NCBI GenBank assembly: GCA_010909165.1
Contig: VJWM01000063.1
Location: 558,001 to 622,000 of the forward strand
Origin: Anthoceros angustus
Taxonomy: Eukaryota; Plantae; Anthocerotophyta
DNA length: 64,000 bases
Reading direction: 5' to 3'
Shown here: positions 1 to 12,265 of the stretch, in pieces
Layout: each line of letters opens with the position of its first letter
How positions within the stretch are numbered: the first letter of the stretch is position 1
Program-made: the position numbers and the translations under genes
Notes under the pieces: generated by a model
Seen by the model: only the letters and a program-made list of their open reading frames with translations
What the model was told of the DNA's origin: nothing
Database searches by the model: none

Positions 1-488
1 CTTCTCTGATGTAGTGTTACCGTCGATTATGTCACCCAAAGTCAGGACAAACCTACACAACATCCAGGTCACATCACTGATGAACCAAGGTTATCCCATG
101 CAAGCTGAAAGCAGGACAGTATGTGGGTTAACAATTCCTTCAAAGCACGTTTTCAACATATAGCAGCATTGCAACCTCTTCTTGTCCTTACGGCAGGTCT
201 TGCTTCAGAGCATTGAATGCCGTCACTGCTGTTTCCAGCTTCCCTGCTGCTTCCCGGTATCGTTGAACACGTCCTTCATACCCTGCACCACCAACAGCCC
301 ACAGTCCATTGGAGAAACCAAGCAGAAGCATCCGTACAGCAAGAAAGACCATGCCCCCTACATACAGAGACGACAATACCTCCATTCTCTTTATCCGCAT
401 ACTGCACGTCAGCAATCAAGCCGAAAGAAAACAGAGGCTTCTTGACAGCAGATAACGGTAAACCCTCCATGTTTCTTTTTCCACTCAT
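1..488 (-). CDS. ADPRM-like metallophosphoesterase, 5' exons only (gene continues beyond the left edge); duplicate of 13567-14056
   Basis: ATG at 488; KKPLFSFGLIADVQYAD, RVQRYREAAGKLETAV and FVLTLGDIIDG (exon at ~1-55); near-identical to the copy 13566 nt downstream. Confidence 0.75.
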
Positions 489-1130
489 GTTTCTTCTACC
501 AGTCCAACAGTTCTGTATTATGAATTGCACAGACGTCTCACAACACGAGACTCATATCCAGCTTGCAAACAAATGGATCATACCTCACATGACAAACCAG
601 GGAAGAATGTCTCTGGGTAGATCTACAACCAGCCACTTCTCAGACTCTTCCCCAATATTGCACCTGAAGGAACTCCTGGCCAGTTCCATATCCAGCTCCT
701 TTGAATATTCCTTCCGATCCGAATCACCCCATGTTTTTGTGATAGAAGCCCTCTTGCAACTTAAACCACATTTCCCAAAACTCAGGTGCGGAGTCACTTG
801 GGGCTATGATATCGTGTTGAAGTATGAGAAAATGAAAGATAGAACAAGAGCCTTATAATATGAATTAAAATATAAAAGAATAAAATAATAACAAGAATTT
901 TATAGCAGAGCGCATAGGCTTAAGATATCAAAAAGTATAACATTAGGACCTTTATATAGGAGCGTGAACTACATTGATAAGAGATTATTATAATAGTTCT
1001 CCTATTACTTATAATAGTTCTCCTCATGAAAGTCCCATTTCGTTTAGGAACTCCTCATAGTTCTCCTCCATGTAAAAGTATCTCGCCATGAGTTGTCATC
1101 AAACTCCTCCTTGTAAAACGGTTCTCCGCA

Positions 1131-1700
1131 ACCGTGTGTCCTTCAAGCTCACAATGGTTATGGTTCATCTTCATATGGGGTCTTTCTCTCATGATTGAGA
1201 CCAAACCATGTGTCCTTCAAGCTCACAATGATTATGGTTCATCTTCCATGGGTCTTTCTAATCATGAGACCGAACCATGTGTCCTTCAAGCTCACAATGA
1301 TTATGGTTCATCTTCATATGGGGTCTTTCTCTCATGATTGAGACCGAACCATGTGTCCTTCAAGCTCACAATGATTATGGGTCATCTTTGTATGGGGTCT
1401 CACCATCTCAAGATTGAGTATGATAGATGGCGAATCAAGGCCACTTGGAGAGACCAAAATATGAGTATGATAGATGGCGTAATCAAGGCCACTTGGAGAG
1501 ACCAAAATATGTTATGCAATAAGGATGTTGAGACCAAAATATGTTATGCAATAAGGATGTTGAGACCGAGAAACGGTGTCTTCTTATGCCTGGCCCCACG
1601 AAGACATCTTCACGAGGTTTTTACTATCAAGGCACCGAGAGTTTATTAAAAGAAGAGATGGAAACCCATCTACCCCGAATCAAGGGGAACAACCCACTAA
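1131..1700 (+). mobile_element. Degenerate LINE ORF2 3' end expanded by internal tandem duplications (4 x 69-74 bp, 2 x ~48 bp, 2 x ~31 bp)
   Basis: gtgtccttcaagctcacaatg recurs at ~74/69/74-bp spacing; translation gives MGSHHLKIEYDRW and, in the second copy, KICRLCNKDVETEK..LL..P, the SH.L.IE.GRW / CxxC..E..H..C tail of RTE/L2-type ORF2. Confidence 0.65.
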
Positions 1701-1799
1701 AGGGCGAAGAACCAGGGGCCTAGCCCCAGTGCCAACCCGGAAGCTACCTATCGCCCGATCATGTCGTGGTCCAAGATGAGGAAAGGCCCGCCATCGGTG

Positions 1800-2134
1800 C
1801 CGATAATGCCACGCCTCCTACACTCGTTGCGTCCTATAATAGTATTAACAGCGCCTCTGGCGATGGATACCCACTTTCAAAGAAAGGCACCAGCGAGGAA
1901 AGAGGGAGACCCACCCGTTCAACGTGGTAGGCTTTGCACAATTCTTAATGAGCTGGAAAATCCTTGCCCGTAGCCCTATGAGTCTCAATGGCAAGGGGAT
2001 GAAGGCGTGGCCATCCCGCAAAGGAGTGTACTTGTATACCTTGGCGCCGCCTCCTCCGCCTAGCTCGGAGGGTTGATAATGACATGCTCACAATGGAGTT
2101 TCGAGGAACACAATAATTAAGGAGGTTAATATAC
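1800..2134 (-). mobile_element. Degenerate LINE ORF2 3' fragment (duplicate at ~15430-15768)
   Basis: HPLAIETHRATGK resembles the SH.LAIETGR motif. Confidence 0.45.
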
Positions 2135-2689
2135 ACTATGGGGTTTTGTGCCTTTATACGCCTAATGGGGTTTCCAATGGGTCTTGAATGAGGGTTTTCC
2201 GCACTTGGTCCTAAAAAGGCCTTAGAAAAGGGTGGACACTTGTAACGAACATAACATTCATGTCCATATCATGCCGGCAAAGGGTATGGACGATGATTGT
2301 CCTTCGCTTTAGGACCGCTTAATCCCATGTATGAGGACCATTAGTGCCGGTAAAGGTGTAAAATTATGACCATTCTACGGTAAATTTATGGTTAAGCATG
2401 GTAAGAATAGCCTCCACCTTCGGGTTTCATACAAGACTTTGAGAACAATCATGACCATTGGATTTTGAGGGTCCTCAACTCCTGAGGAGACCCTCATTCT
2501 TGACAATTTGAGTCACAAGACGTAGGCCAACCGACGTCTTGGGACCTGCCTTGTAGACCGACTCCTTATTTGCGGGCAACATCGCGTCTATTTACACGGC
2601 AGTCTCAAAGTAATGCATGCTCCACGTTTTGGCGGGTACCTAAACATGCCCATATATTCTTTGAGAACGTCGCACATAGTATATTATTA

Positions 2690-5027
2690 ATGTCCCTTGC
2701 TTCCATTCCCCACCCTCACCTTTTCTTGCCACGCCGCCTCTGCCGTTTCACCTCCGCCTCACCCTTCCCTTTCAAATTTTGCTATCCTCCCCATGCAAAC
2801 CAATCTCCTCCGCCATCCTCGATTTGATGCGGATTGTATGCGCTCTCAATTGCATCTCACTTTGCGCCAACTTAAACTCCTCCCTCGATCCCATCATTCC
2901 GCTTTTACAAAGCTACCGCAAGCCTTACAAAGCCTTCATCTCCATGAACAAGTCCCAATTCATCCAAGCCGAACACACCCGTCTTATCTCTGCTCAACGC
3001 CCCTGGCTCGCCTTGGGAAGGAATTCCACTCACTCCCCATTCTTCTCAAAGTCAACCCCGAACTCCTCTCCTATGTTCATAGTCTTTACCACATCCCCTC
3101 GCCTCCCTACCCCGATTCCTCCGATCTCTGTGTTTTCAACGCCTGCCCATGCTATCTGAAACTCAAAAGTGGTACTATAACCATCGACCCCACTGGTATC
3201 CCGGGATTTATTCCGGTTTGTTGACTCTACCTCCTTCTCCTCGCATCTTGCCTCTCTGCTTAATGATGCTTTGTCTTTGCTTCGATTCTTGTTGTGAGAA
3301 TGATATCCACTCCATTCTCAAGGTCCGACCCTTATCTCCCTTCTAATTACCGATTTATCATCATGGAGTCTATCTATGCTAAGATCATTAGCTATTGTTT
3401 GGAGACTTTGACTACTTCTTGGGTTGAGGAGGCTAAGGTGCGTGCTCGAGGATAAGCCGGTTTCGCCCCGTCGAATACTTTGGATCATCTTTTACCCTCC
3501 GTTATTGTTGAGGGGCTCGACATCCAAGAAGCACGCGTTGTTTTGTTGACTTTAAGCGAGCTTTCAACTCTATACCTTGGGATAAGTTGTTTGATGACTT
3601 AAGTCTCTTAAGATGCATCCTCATTTGTGGTATGCCGCTACCCTTCTCTACAAAGGGTCTTTGCTCGAATCAATACTCCTCGGTTTGTCTTCCCACCAGA
3701 TCCCTATCCAACTTGGCGTTCGCGAGGGCGACCCTTTCTCCCCAAATCTCTTCGGGTTGTATATTGATGAGCTTGAGGAATGGCTTCTTCGATCTGGCGA
3801 CCCTGGTGCTCGGCTATTTCTGGAAAGTATTCGTATTCTTATATATCCGGATGGTATTGTTCTTTTATCTCATTCCCCATAGGGCCTGCAAAGGCAACTG
3901 GATGTTTTATCCTTTTTCGCAAACCAAGGACCTCTTGTTAATCACAAGACCAAGATTATGCGGTTCAACACTCGGGATTACAAGGATGATTGCAAATTTT
4001 ATTATGATGGTTAGGAGGTGGAGATGGTCCCATCCTATACTTATCTTGGTATCACTATTTTCAGTCCTAAATTCAACTGGACCTCCTCTCCGCCTCCTCC
4101 CGCTACCAAGGATGGGCTGCTGCTTTGTTTCGTTTTATACAGGATGAATCTGTGATATCAATCAAGCTGTTCAACACTTTGATAATTCCCTCTGCCTTGT
4201 ATGGCGCTGAAATTTGGGGCCCCGATCTTTTCCCTTCTTCTTGGGCCAAGGTGGAAAGGGTTCAATCTTCTTTTCTCCGCGCTCACATTGCTTGTAAGCG
4301 CTCGACTCCATTACCCATCCTCCTTTCTGAATTCGCCACCTTTTAAAACCCTTGAACTTGATGGTCTTTTTCGCCTCTCATCCTTTCTTTACGGCCTCCA
4401 CCTCCTTGCTATTGCTAATCCCATTTTGGATCCCCCTTACCTCCTGCTTACCTTCAGGTCCTCCTGCTCACTCTAGCTCAATACTGACCCACGCAAGTGC
4501 TTGATGAGGCAGAAGTTGGGGAGAACGAAGACTGGTCCATGGGGAAGAACGATGGTTTTGATGACCCGGAAGTAGAGCACACGTAGAACTTAGAAGTGGT
4601 TATACATTCAGTGTTGGCTCAAGGCCCGGATGAGTTACAGATTGGTCCTCATGAGGGACCATTCGCGGCGTAGCTGCTTGCATATGCTTGCTTTAAAGTT
4701 TACCGTTTTTGTCCAAGTCAATGTGGACGCTGCCATGTCGGCGTTCACACACAACCTTCGGTTTTGTTTCTTTCCAAAGTAGAACCATGTTTAGTTTTGA
4801 TCTGAATTTATTGAATGGTGTCCATGAACACATCAGGGCGCTGGCCGCCACGTAGACAGTTTCTATCATGTCAATGGAAAGAATGCACTTTCTTTGTGGG
4901 TGGAATAACAAGGGTAATGTCATTTTGAAGAATGGGCTAAAACCCTCTTTTGAGGACTGTGTCGATTTCGTGAAGGGTGTCCAAAACAAAAGAAAGGGGT
5001 TCGATATTAACCTCCTTACGTAATTAT
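2690..5027 (+). mobile_element. Degenerate non-LTR retrotransposon reverse transcriptase (RTE/L2-like), copy 1
   Basis: GVREGDPFSPNLFGLYIDEL and LIYPDGIVLL (decayed YADD); many frameshifts; matches 16350-18751. Confidence 0.85.
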
Positions 5028-6056
5028 GGTGTTTAGGTCCATTACTACGACATCGCAATAAAGATTTAGTCCCCTGGATCGTAATAGATCCGCCCGAGCG
5101 ACATCCTATTGCGCAGGTACATGGACACTCGATGGAAAATAATCAAGAACATGACATCGCGAACGCGCCATGCGAGCGCCATCGTGTCCTCCAATTGGAC
5201 AAAGCTAGGTGGGACCCTAAGTCTTCGAGGGAGGCCCCACAGCTACAGGCTGAGAGAGAACAGGCCAAAGGCTGGACCAAACCTAGGCAAAACCTCATCG
5301 GAGAAAAAGCTGTGCACCAACACTGGATGCAAGGCCAAGCCAAAAGCCTACTCCCTTTCCCGAGCAAGAGCGGATGTGGGCACGGCTAGGCTGGGGAATA
5401 CTAGAGTCCAAAAAGATTGCCCCACTACACGTGCTCCTAGAGAGAGGCTTGAAGGCCACATAGCCCTTCCATGGAAAACGAGAAAAAGGGAGGCATGGCC
5501 GTCCTGGCCTCAGAGGAAAGGGAGTCCCTAGCCAACTTAAGGGAAGCCTGCAAAGGGAAGGCCCCCTCCTTAGCGCTCGAAACGAAGGCCTCCAAGATGG
5601 GAACATCCTGGATTAAGAAAAGAGCGGTGAAGATGGGGGCAAAGAGGGCCCAGCTCCCAAGGAAGGCCGTTGACACCGAGGCCTCCATGGCCAACAAACC
5701 TGTGCCCCTAGTTTTGATAGGAAGGGACGTCTCCCGCTAAGCAAGGCCCTCTCAAGGCACACTTGAAGGTCCCGCCCGACAATGTCTCCAAGTGCTTGCA
5801 AAATCAGAAACAAAATTCCACAAGCTTAATAGAAAAGCTGGGGAGGGAGCCACCGTCTTGGTGAGGTAACCCGGCCGACGCTCGAAGCAAGACGAAAGGA
5901 TGCCAAACGCTACTTGAGGGTCCCTTAATAGAGATAGGTCATCAACGTGGGCCAAGTCCTCCCTCAAAGCCTTATCCACAAAACCCTGAGTAAAGGCCGG
6001 AGGTCCCATACTAACCCTCAAGAAGCTAAGTCCATGCGTAGGAACAATGTCCCCCA
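5028..6056 (-). mobile_element. 3' part of an RLE-type (CRE/NeSL-like) non-LTR retrotransposon, copy 1
   Basis: LREDLAHVDDLSLLRDPQVAFGILSSCFERRPGYL, AFLGSWALFAP, CSCG..LEDLGSHL (CCHC-type) and the start of an R.D....DVVVMDP nuclease-like motif. Confidence 0.55.
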
Positions 6057-6924
6057 ACAAATTGAAGAGAGGAGTAATGCCAGAAGGGATTTTTTCTCTT
6101 CCTCACCGTATTATTATTGCAAGAGTGTACTTAATCTATTATTGCATGAGTGAACTTAAAAAATGTGGAAGTATACTTGAAAAATGTGGAAGTATACTTG
6201 AAAAATGTGAGAATTCACAACGGAGGATTTCCAACTTCTCAACGTGCCAATCTCTTTTCGAACTTCTCAACGTGCTAAACTTTTGATTATGCTTCACACC
6301 ACTAATCTTAAGCCCAATACAGAATAGCGGTTAAACATGAATGGTTTTCTTGTTTTTGTATATTTCTCTTTTATCAGTGCCATGAGGGAAATTTCGTCCC
6401 GGTAGGCATGTTCCACCTCCGAGTCGGCGTTGTTGGCAATTTGGCAGACCTCACCTGGTCAGCCAGGCTTTCAGAGTGAGCTAATCCAGGCCTTCGGGTA
6501 CACCGTTTGGGTGACTGATGATAACTCTAGCGCCGGGTGACTAGTTTGTCCGCATCCTTGTCCCGAACCTTGTCGCGGTATCTCATGGCCGTTCGCTTGA
6601 GAGCTTCTGCTGGCGCACCCGGAGCTTATTGATCTTGGCCAACTGACCAGGTTCGGCCCCCAAGTCTTACTCCACAAAAACAATACTCGCAACCTAGAAT
6701 CTTACTCCACAGAAGGCAATGCAGCGAATACTGTGGTTAGCATCATGCTTTGCTGTCTCACGTCGAGAGACATATTCTCGAAAGATTATGAACCCCATCC
6801 GTTTGTCTTCCTCTGTAGCCGCCTGCGCTGTACGCGTGCCGGCTTCAGACAAGTGTGGCCAACTAGCCTCACGATCCACTGGCCGCGTCCATGCCTTCCA
6901 TAAATCCTGGAGCCGCAAGAGCGA

Positions 6925-9057
6925 ATGGATAGTTCCTCACGCGCTCTTCCAATGGCGAACACGAAAGCCTTCTTGCTTGCTTTCGTGGCCTTAGCTCTCA
7001 TACTCGGCAACTCTGCTTCGGGATTCGAGATAATCGAGGCGGCCATCTCAGACGTGCAGCTGGCATTCCGGGAAGGAAGCCTCACCTCGGTCCAGCTAGT
7101 GAACCTCTACCTCCAGCGAGTGGCACAATACAACTCCCAGCTCAACGCCATCATCGAGATCAACCCCGATGTCCTGTACTGGGCCAAGAAAGCCGATCAA
7201 GAAAGGTGAAAAACGCCTCGATGCATCTGAGGCTGGTTCTGTAAGAAATGACACAGGACGAGACCGTGATTTCTTCCTTGCATGTCCGGCCAGGGTTGCG
7301 GCAGGCGGACACGTCGGAGGCCTCCACGGCGTCCCGGTCCTCCTCAAGGACAACATCGGCACCATAGACAAGCTCGACACCACGGCAGGATCCTTTGCGC
7401 TGCTCGGCTCCAAAGTGACCACAGAGGCGTTCATCGTGAAGCTCCTGCGCCGCGCGGGTGCCATCATCTTCGGCAAGGCCAACCTCAGCGAGTTCTTGCA
7501 CTTCCGCTCCCTCCAGCAACCGCAAGGGTTCAGCCCTAGAGGCGGCCAAACCAACGTAGGCAACCGTGTCACGCAATTTGCGAACGCATGAAATTCATGC
7601 CGCTCTTCCTTCCAGATCCAATGCCTTCACCTTCTGCAATGTAATCCCCTGTGATGTGCCTCTGCAGGATGCGTACAACGTGACGCTGAACCCCGGCGGC
7701 AGCAGCTCAGGCCCGGCAGTGGCCGTCGCGGCCAACTTGGTGCTGCTCTCCATCGGCACCGAGACACAAGGCTCCATCACCGTGCCAGTCAGCAGGAACG
7801 CCGTTGCGAGCATCAAGCCGACCCCAGGGCTCACCTCTCGCACCGATCGTCCCCATCTCCTTCAGCGTTGATTCGCCGGGGTAAGCGTCTCCAACCATTG
7901 CGTCTTGGCACATTCCTGGATTGAAGCGCCTTCTCACACATTCCTCGATTGTAACGCAATCGCACGGAAGACCGAATGCGGAAAGGAGGTCAGGTTTCGC
8001 GCCTCGACATCTCACTCACTCTTTGGAACAAACCAAACCACAGGCCTGTCGGAAGTACGTCGAAGACGTCGTAGCGCTGCTGGACGTGATCGCAGTACCG
8101 GATCCAGCCGATCCTGGCAGCGCATTCAGTTGCCAGCGGCCATCTGGTGGGTACCAAGCGCACAAGCTGCTCGACGGGCTGGTCGGCAAGCGCATCGGCA
8201 TCGCGCGCGACTTCTTCCAAGGCCTTCCTGACTTCAAGATATCGGCCTCGAAACCGTCATCTCCGTGCTGATGTAAGCCCTCTCCCGTCCCGGATCTGAG
8301 CACGCGACCAATTATACAGCGAGGCCACGGCCTCTACCACTCCGGCAACACTCACACCTCGCTTTCTCCCGGTGCAGCCAGCACGGCGCGATAGTCATCG
8401 ACAACACCATCATCAACCCCGCTGTGTTCAGCCAGATCTTCAATGGCGTGGCGCCGTTCACGGCGCCGCTCACCGCCGACAAGTTCCTGCTCATCTCCGA
8501 CTTCAAGGTGAACATCAACGATTATCTGGCCACGCTGAAGAAGAGCCCCGTCGCAACGCTAGAGGAAATCATCGCCTTCGATCAAGCCGATCCCCGGGAG
8601 GTACGTTCTCCAAAACCATCTCCAAATCCTGTCTGGAGAAAAACCTCTCCACAAACTGACTGGGAAGAAACGGGGTGGCTCCCTTTGGCGATGGCAGCAA
8701 TTCAGCAAGTTCCCCGACGAACTGTTTATCGCAGCGCAGAACCTGACTTCGGGGCAGTCCAGCCAGGCGTACTTGCTGGCGCAGCAAATCGTGGCGGGGC
8801 AGAACCAGCAGGGGCTGGTGCAGGTGTTCAGCGACAACCACCTGGACGCACTACTAGCGCCGGCAGATAGCAACATCAATGTGCCAGCCTCGTTTGGGGG
8901 ATTTCCCACTTTCACTATCCCGGCGGGCTACAATCCCACGTCGGGCCTGCCGTTCGGGGTTTCCTTCCTGGGAAGCCTTGCAACGAGGCCACGCTGATTG
9001 AGGTTGTTCCCTCTGGAGGGATTTTGGGGATCAGGCATCGCCCCGGCGTTTCCTTGA
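6925..9057 (+). CDS. Amidase-signature family protein, signal-peptide bearing (At4g34880-like), 6 exons, copy 1; several small indels
   Basis: N-terminal hydrophobic [13 protein letters not shown]; [53 protein letters not shown]; GT-AG introns after ~7205, 7555, 7880, 8271, 8600; stop TGA 9055-9057. Confidence 0.9.
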
Positions 9058-9068
9058 ATGTTTGTGGG

Positions 9069-9861
9069 TCAAGGTGAGGACCGTGGCAGGCGCCGGCTGG
9101 AGGAAGAGCCGAACTTTGTTTCGTGGACATCGACCACGCCGCAGGCTGTGGTGTCTCGTGATGCCTCCAGGTCTGCGTCGAAGGTTACAAAATGTGTGTT
9201 GCCAAGACAGACGTAGCTCCACAGTAATGACCTGGAAGAGGGGCACAGCATGTCAAAAGGGAGGCACGTGGCTTCTTGGCAAACATTTGGGCAGACGATG
9301 GGTTGGACATGATCCGACTCCACAGGGTGATGGAGCCACAATCAGCTGAGTCCCATCCCTACAAGCACCATAGCCTGTAGACAATGCATGGTTTCAGACA
9401 CCATTCAAAGTCTCGAAGCCCAGAAAAGGCCGAAGAAAAATAATGTTGGGACAACTGTTACGCTTTTGAGCAGCTAGAATATTTGAGATCAACACAAATC
9501 ATGAACCAACCTCTCAGCACTAGCTATTATTTCAGCCAGCCAAGCTTCTGCTCTGCCCCAATTCCCCATTCCAGTCTGCAGACAGTAGGTACACATCGCT
9601 CAGTGGGTGAGCTTCTAGATACTTAACTGCTTCCTGCATCACCAGAGAACAAGTGGAAGAGACACATGAGCTAGAGATCTCGTTTGAATAATCACAGTGT
9701 AGCATAAGCTCTTATACCAAACAGCTACAGATGTACTGGCCTGGTAGTTAGCTGAATCTTCTGGCCTTTAGACTTACATTCATCAAGTCCAGCACGACCT
9801 GCAACAACCAAACCCAGAGGAGTAATACTCTGACTCTCATCAGGAGTCTAGAGAGAAGGCT
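9069..9861 (-). pseudogene. 5'-truncated ADPRM-like 3' half
   Basis: EAVKYLEAHPLSD..WNG.IGAEQKAWL exon present; 5' exons absent; 13-nt deletion and loss of the GHxH motif relative to the 12266-14056 copy. Confidence 0.8.
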
Positions 9862-10700
9862 TGCAGCGAGGCCACGGCCTCTACCACTCCGGCAACACTC
9901 ACACCTCGCTTTCTCCCGGTGCAGCCAGCACGGCGCGATAGTCATCGACAACACCATCATCAACCCCGCTGTGTTCAGCCAGATCTTCAATGGCGTGGCG
10001 CCGTTCACGGCGCCGCTCACCGCCGACAAGTTCCTGCTCATCTCCGACTTCAAGGTGAACATCAACGATTATCTGGCCACGCTGAAGAAGAGCCCCGTCG
10101 CAACGCTAGAGGAAATCATCGCCTTCGATCAAGCCGATCCCGGGAGGTACGTTCTCCAAAACCATCTCCAAATCCTGTCTGGAGAAAACCTCTCCACAAA
10201 CTGACTGGGAAGAAACGGGTGGCTCCCTTTGGCGATGGCAGCAATTCAGCAAGTTCCCCGACGAACTGTTTATCGCAGCGCAGAACCTGACTTCGGGGCA
10301 GTCCAGCCAGGCGTACTTGCTGGCGCAGCAAATCGTGGCGGGCAGAACCAGGCTGGTGCAGGTGTTCAGCGACAACCACCTGGACGCACTACTAGCGCCG
10401 GCAGATAGCAACATCAATGTGCCAGCCTCGTTTGGGGATTTCCCACTTTCACTATCCCGGCGGGCTACAATCCCACGTCGGGCCTGCCGGGGTGTCCTTC
10501 CTGGGAAGCCTTGCAACGAGGCCACGCTGATTGAGGTGTTCCCTCTGGAGGGATTTTGGGGATCAGGGCATCGCCCCGGCGTTTCCTTGAATGTTTGTGG
10601 GTCAAGGTGAGGACCGTGGCAGGCGCCGGCTGGACGCATAGCCGAAACCTTTGATCATCACTTCAGTTTCGTGGACATCGACCACGCCGCAGGCTGTGGT
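9862..10700 (+). pseudogene. Local duplicate of the amidase 3' half (intron 4 to stop) plus the end of ADPRM
   Basis: Matches ~8317-9150; begins inside amidase intron 4 (cagcgaggccacggcc); no 5' exons. Confidence 0.85.
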
Positions 10701-12074
10701 ATTTCATGGTGCCCGGCTGTGAGATGCAACGCACCTGGGTTTTGGGTTTGGGCATTTAACTTTGTTGTAGTTTGAAAGGTCGAATCCTTGCATCAAACAC
10801 CTCTGCACCCGACCCCCAGACCTTGGACCCTTTCGTCCCCTCTTGAATTCAAACTCAAACAAAGAGCATACCCTCCCGCGCACGGCAGTCGAGGGATATG
10901 AGGCAGCTGGCGGGGAAGTCTCGAGAGAGCGGCCTAGGCATGGGGCCGACCAACGTGGTAGGGCAAGAACACGGCTGAGCGGATTGTGGGAAGGGAACCT
11001 TTCCGGGAGAGGAAACAAACAGACCCGCGAGGAAACCCCTCCCGGCTTCTCTTGGCGACATGCGGCCAAATGTTGGGCGTCGTTGCAGAAGGCAATAGCC
11101 AGCACGAGTACCATGTTCAGGTATTGGCAGATTGGCGGGAGACGATGAAAAGCATTCGTGAGGAGCAACCAACTTGGGGACCCGGCTCCTATTCTCGAAG
11201 TGGCCGCCTCCTCATTATGTTCTGGTGTAACAGCTTGAGAGTTCAGTTGAAACATGGCTTTGGTGTGTTGTAGGAATGGTCCTTAGCTTCGGGGCGCGGA
11301 TTAGGTTAGGAACCTTCCTTCGCCCCGGATGTATTCGGTGGTCCATTTGTTTGGCCGCGCATTCATTGTTGTACATCCGCCTGATCTTTAGATCCCTGCT
11401 AAGATTCATTCTCTTTACATGAAGGCTGTTGTATTCGGTGGTCATTGCTATTTCCTTTGTCATCACTTGTGCTGTTGTTGAAGGTCGGGTTTGGCCTGCT
11501 TGATACAAGATCACTTGGACAGATATGTGTCTTTTGTAAGAGACCGGATGAGGGATTTGCGTCACTTGCGATCAGCGGTAATCGGTGGGCATGTATGCAT
11601 TGTCAGCATCCGTGTGTTAACATTGTAACGTTGTGTGACATGGTAAGCATTCCACGGCACCGAATGTCATCATCCGTGTTGTTGGGAAGATCAAACGACA
11701 AGTGTAAACCGTGTGTGCTTCTTACAAACGATGAAATGTGAGCTTTCACGTTTTGGGAACCTCAAACGAGAAGGTGCAACTGCAGACCCGTGCACTCCCA
11801 CACACAGGCTGCTGTACACAGTGTAAACAACAGCCAAATTCCATGGAAACACATCCCGCGTGGCACGGTATCACTCAATGCAATCAGAAAACATAGTTTC
11901 AATCATCTGCCGTGCACCCACGAGGCAGGTGCATACAAGGTAATGTATAATGGTCAGCAGTAATCGGTCCCTGATGATCTATTTGTCACAACAGCCTCCG
12001 TGCGCCAACAAACAAGCAAGGAGGAATTCCACTGTCGTCATCTTTCCCCGTACAAACCCGGCCGGCACGAAAAG

Positions 12075-12254
12075 CGTTTGGGGAATTTCCACTTTCACGA
12101 TCCCGTTCGGCTACTACCCCGAGGCGGCGGGCCTGCCGTTCGGGTTATACTTCCAGGGGAAGCCTTGCAGCGAGGCCAAGCATAGCAGGTTGAGATTGTG
12201 TTCCCGCTGGAAGGTATTTTGGGGATCAGGAAATCACCCCTGCCGTTTTCTTGA
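12075..12254 (+). pseudogene. Diverged amidase C-terminal remnant (~60 codons)
   Basis: FTIPFGYYPEAAGLPFGLYFQGKPCSEA..EIVFPLEGILGIRKSPLPFS*; stop 12252-12254. Confidence 0.75.
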
Positions 12255-12265
12255 ATTTTCATGGG

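Larger units (their letters stand above)
1..9861. repeat. Segmental duplication copy 1 (partner 13567-~25506)
   Basis: Position 1 matches 13567; 6118 matches 21740; 9861 matches ~25506; differences are mostly small indels plus one 1.9 kb replacement. Confidence 0.9.

Noticed and set aside
1131-1570. Regularly spaced repeats resembling a CRISPR array
   Set aside because: Units are contiguous with no unique spacers, they translate as LINE ORF2, the context is eukaryotic, and no cas genes are present
6925-9057. Recent bacterial horizontal transfer of the amidase
   Set aside because: It has five spliceosomal introns and motifs matching the plant At4g34880-like family
10734-10752. gggtttgggtttggg as a telomeric repeat
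   Set aside because: Only about two units and not the plant TTTAGGG motif
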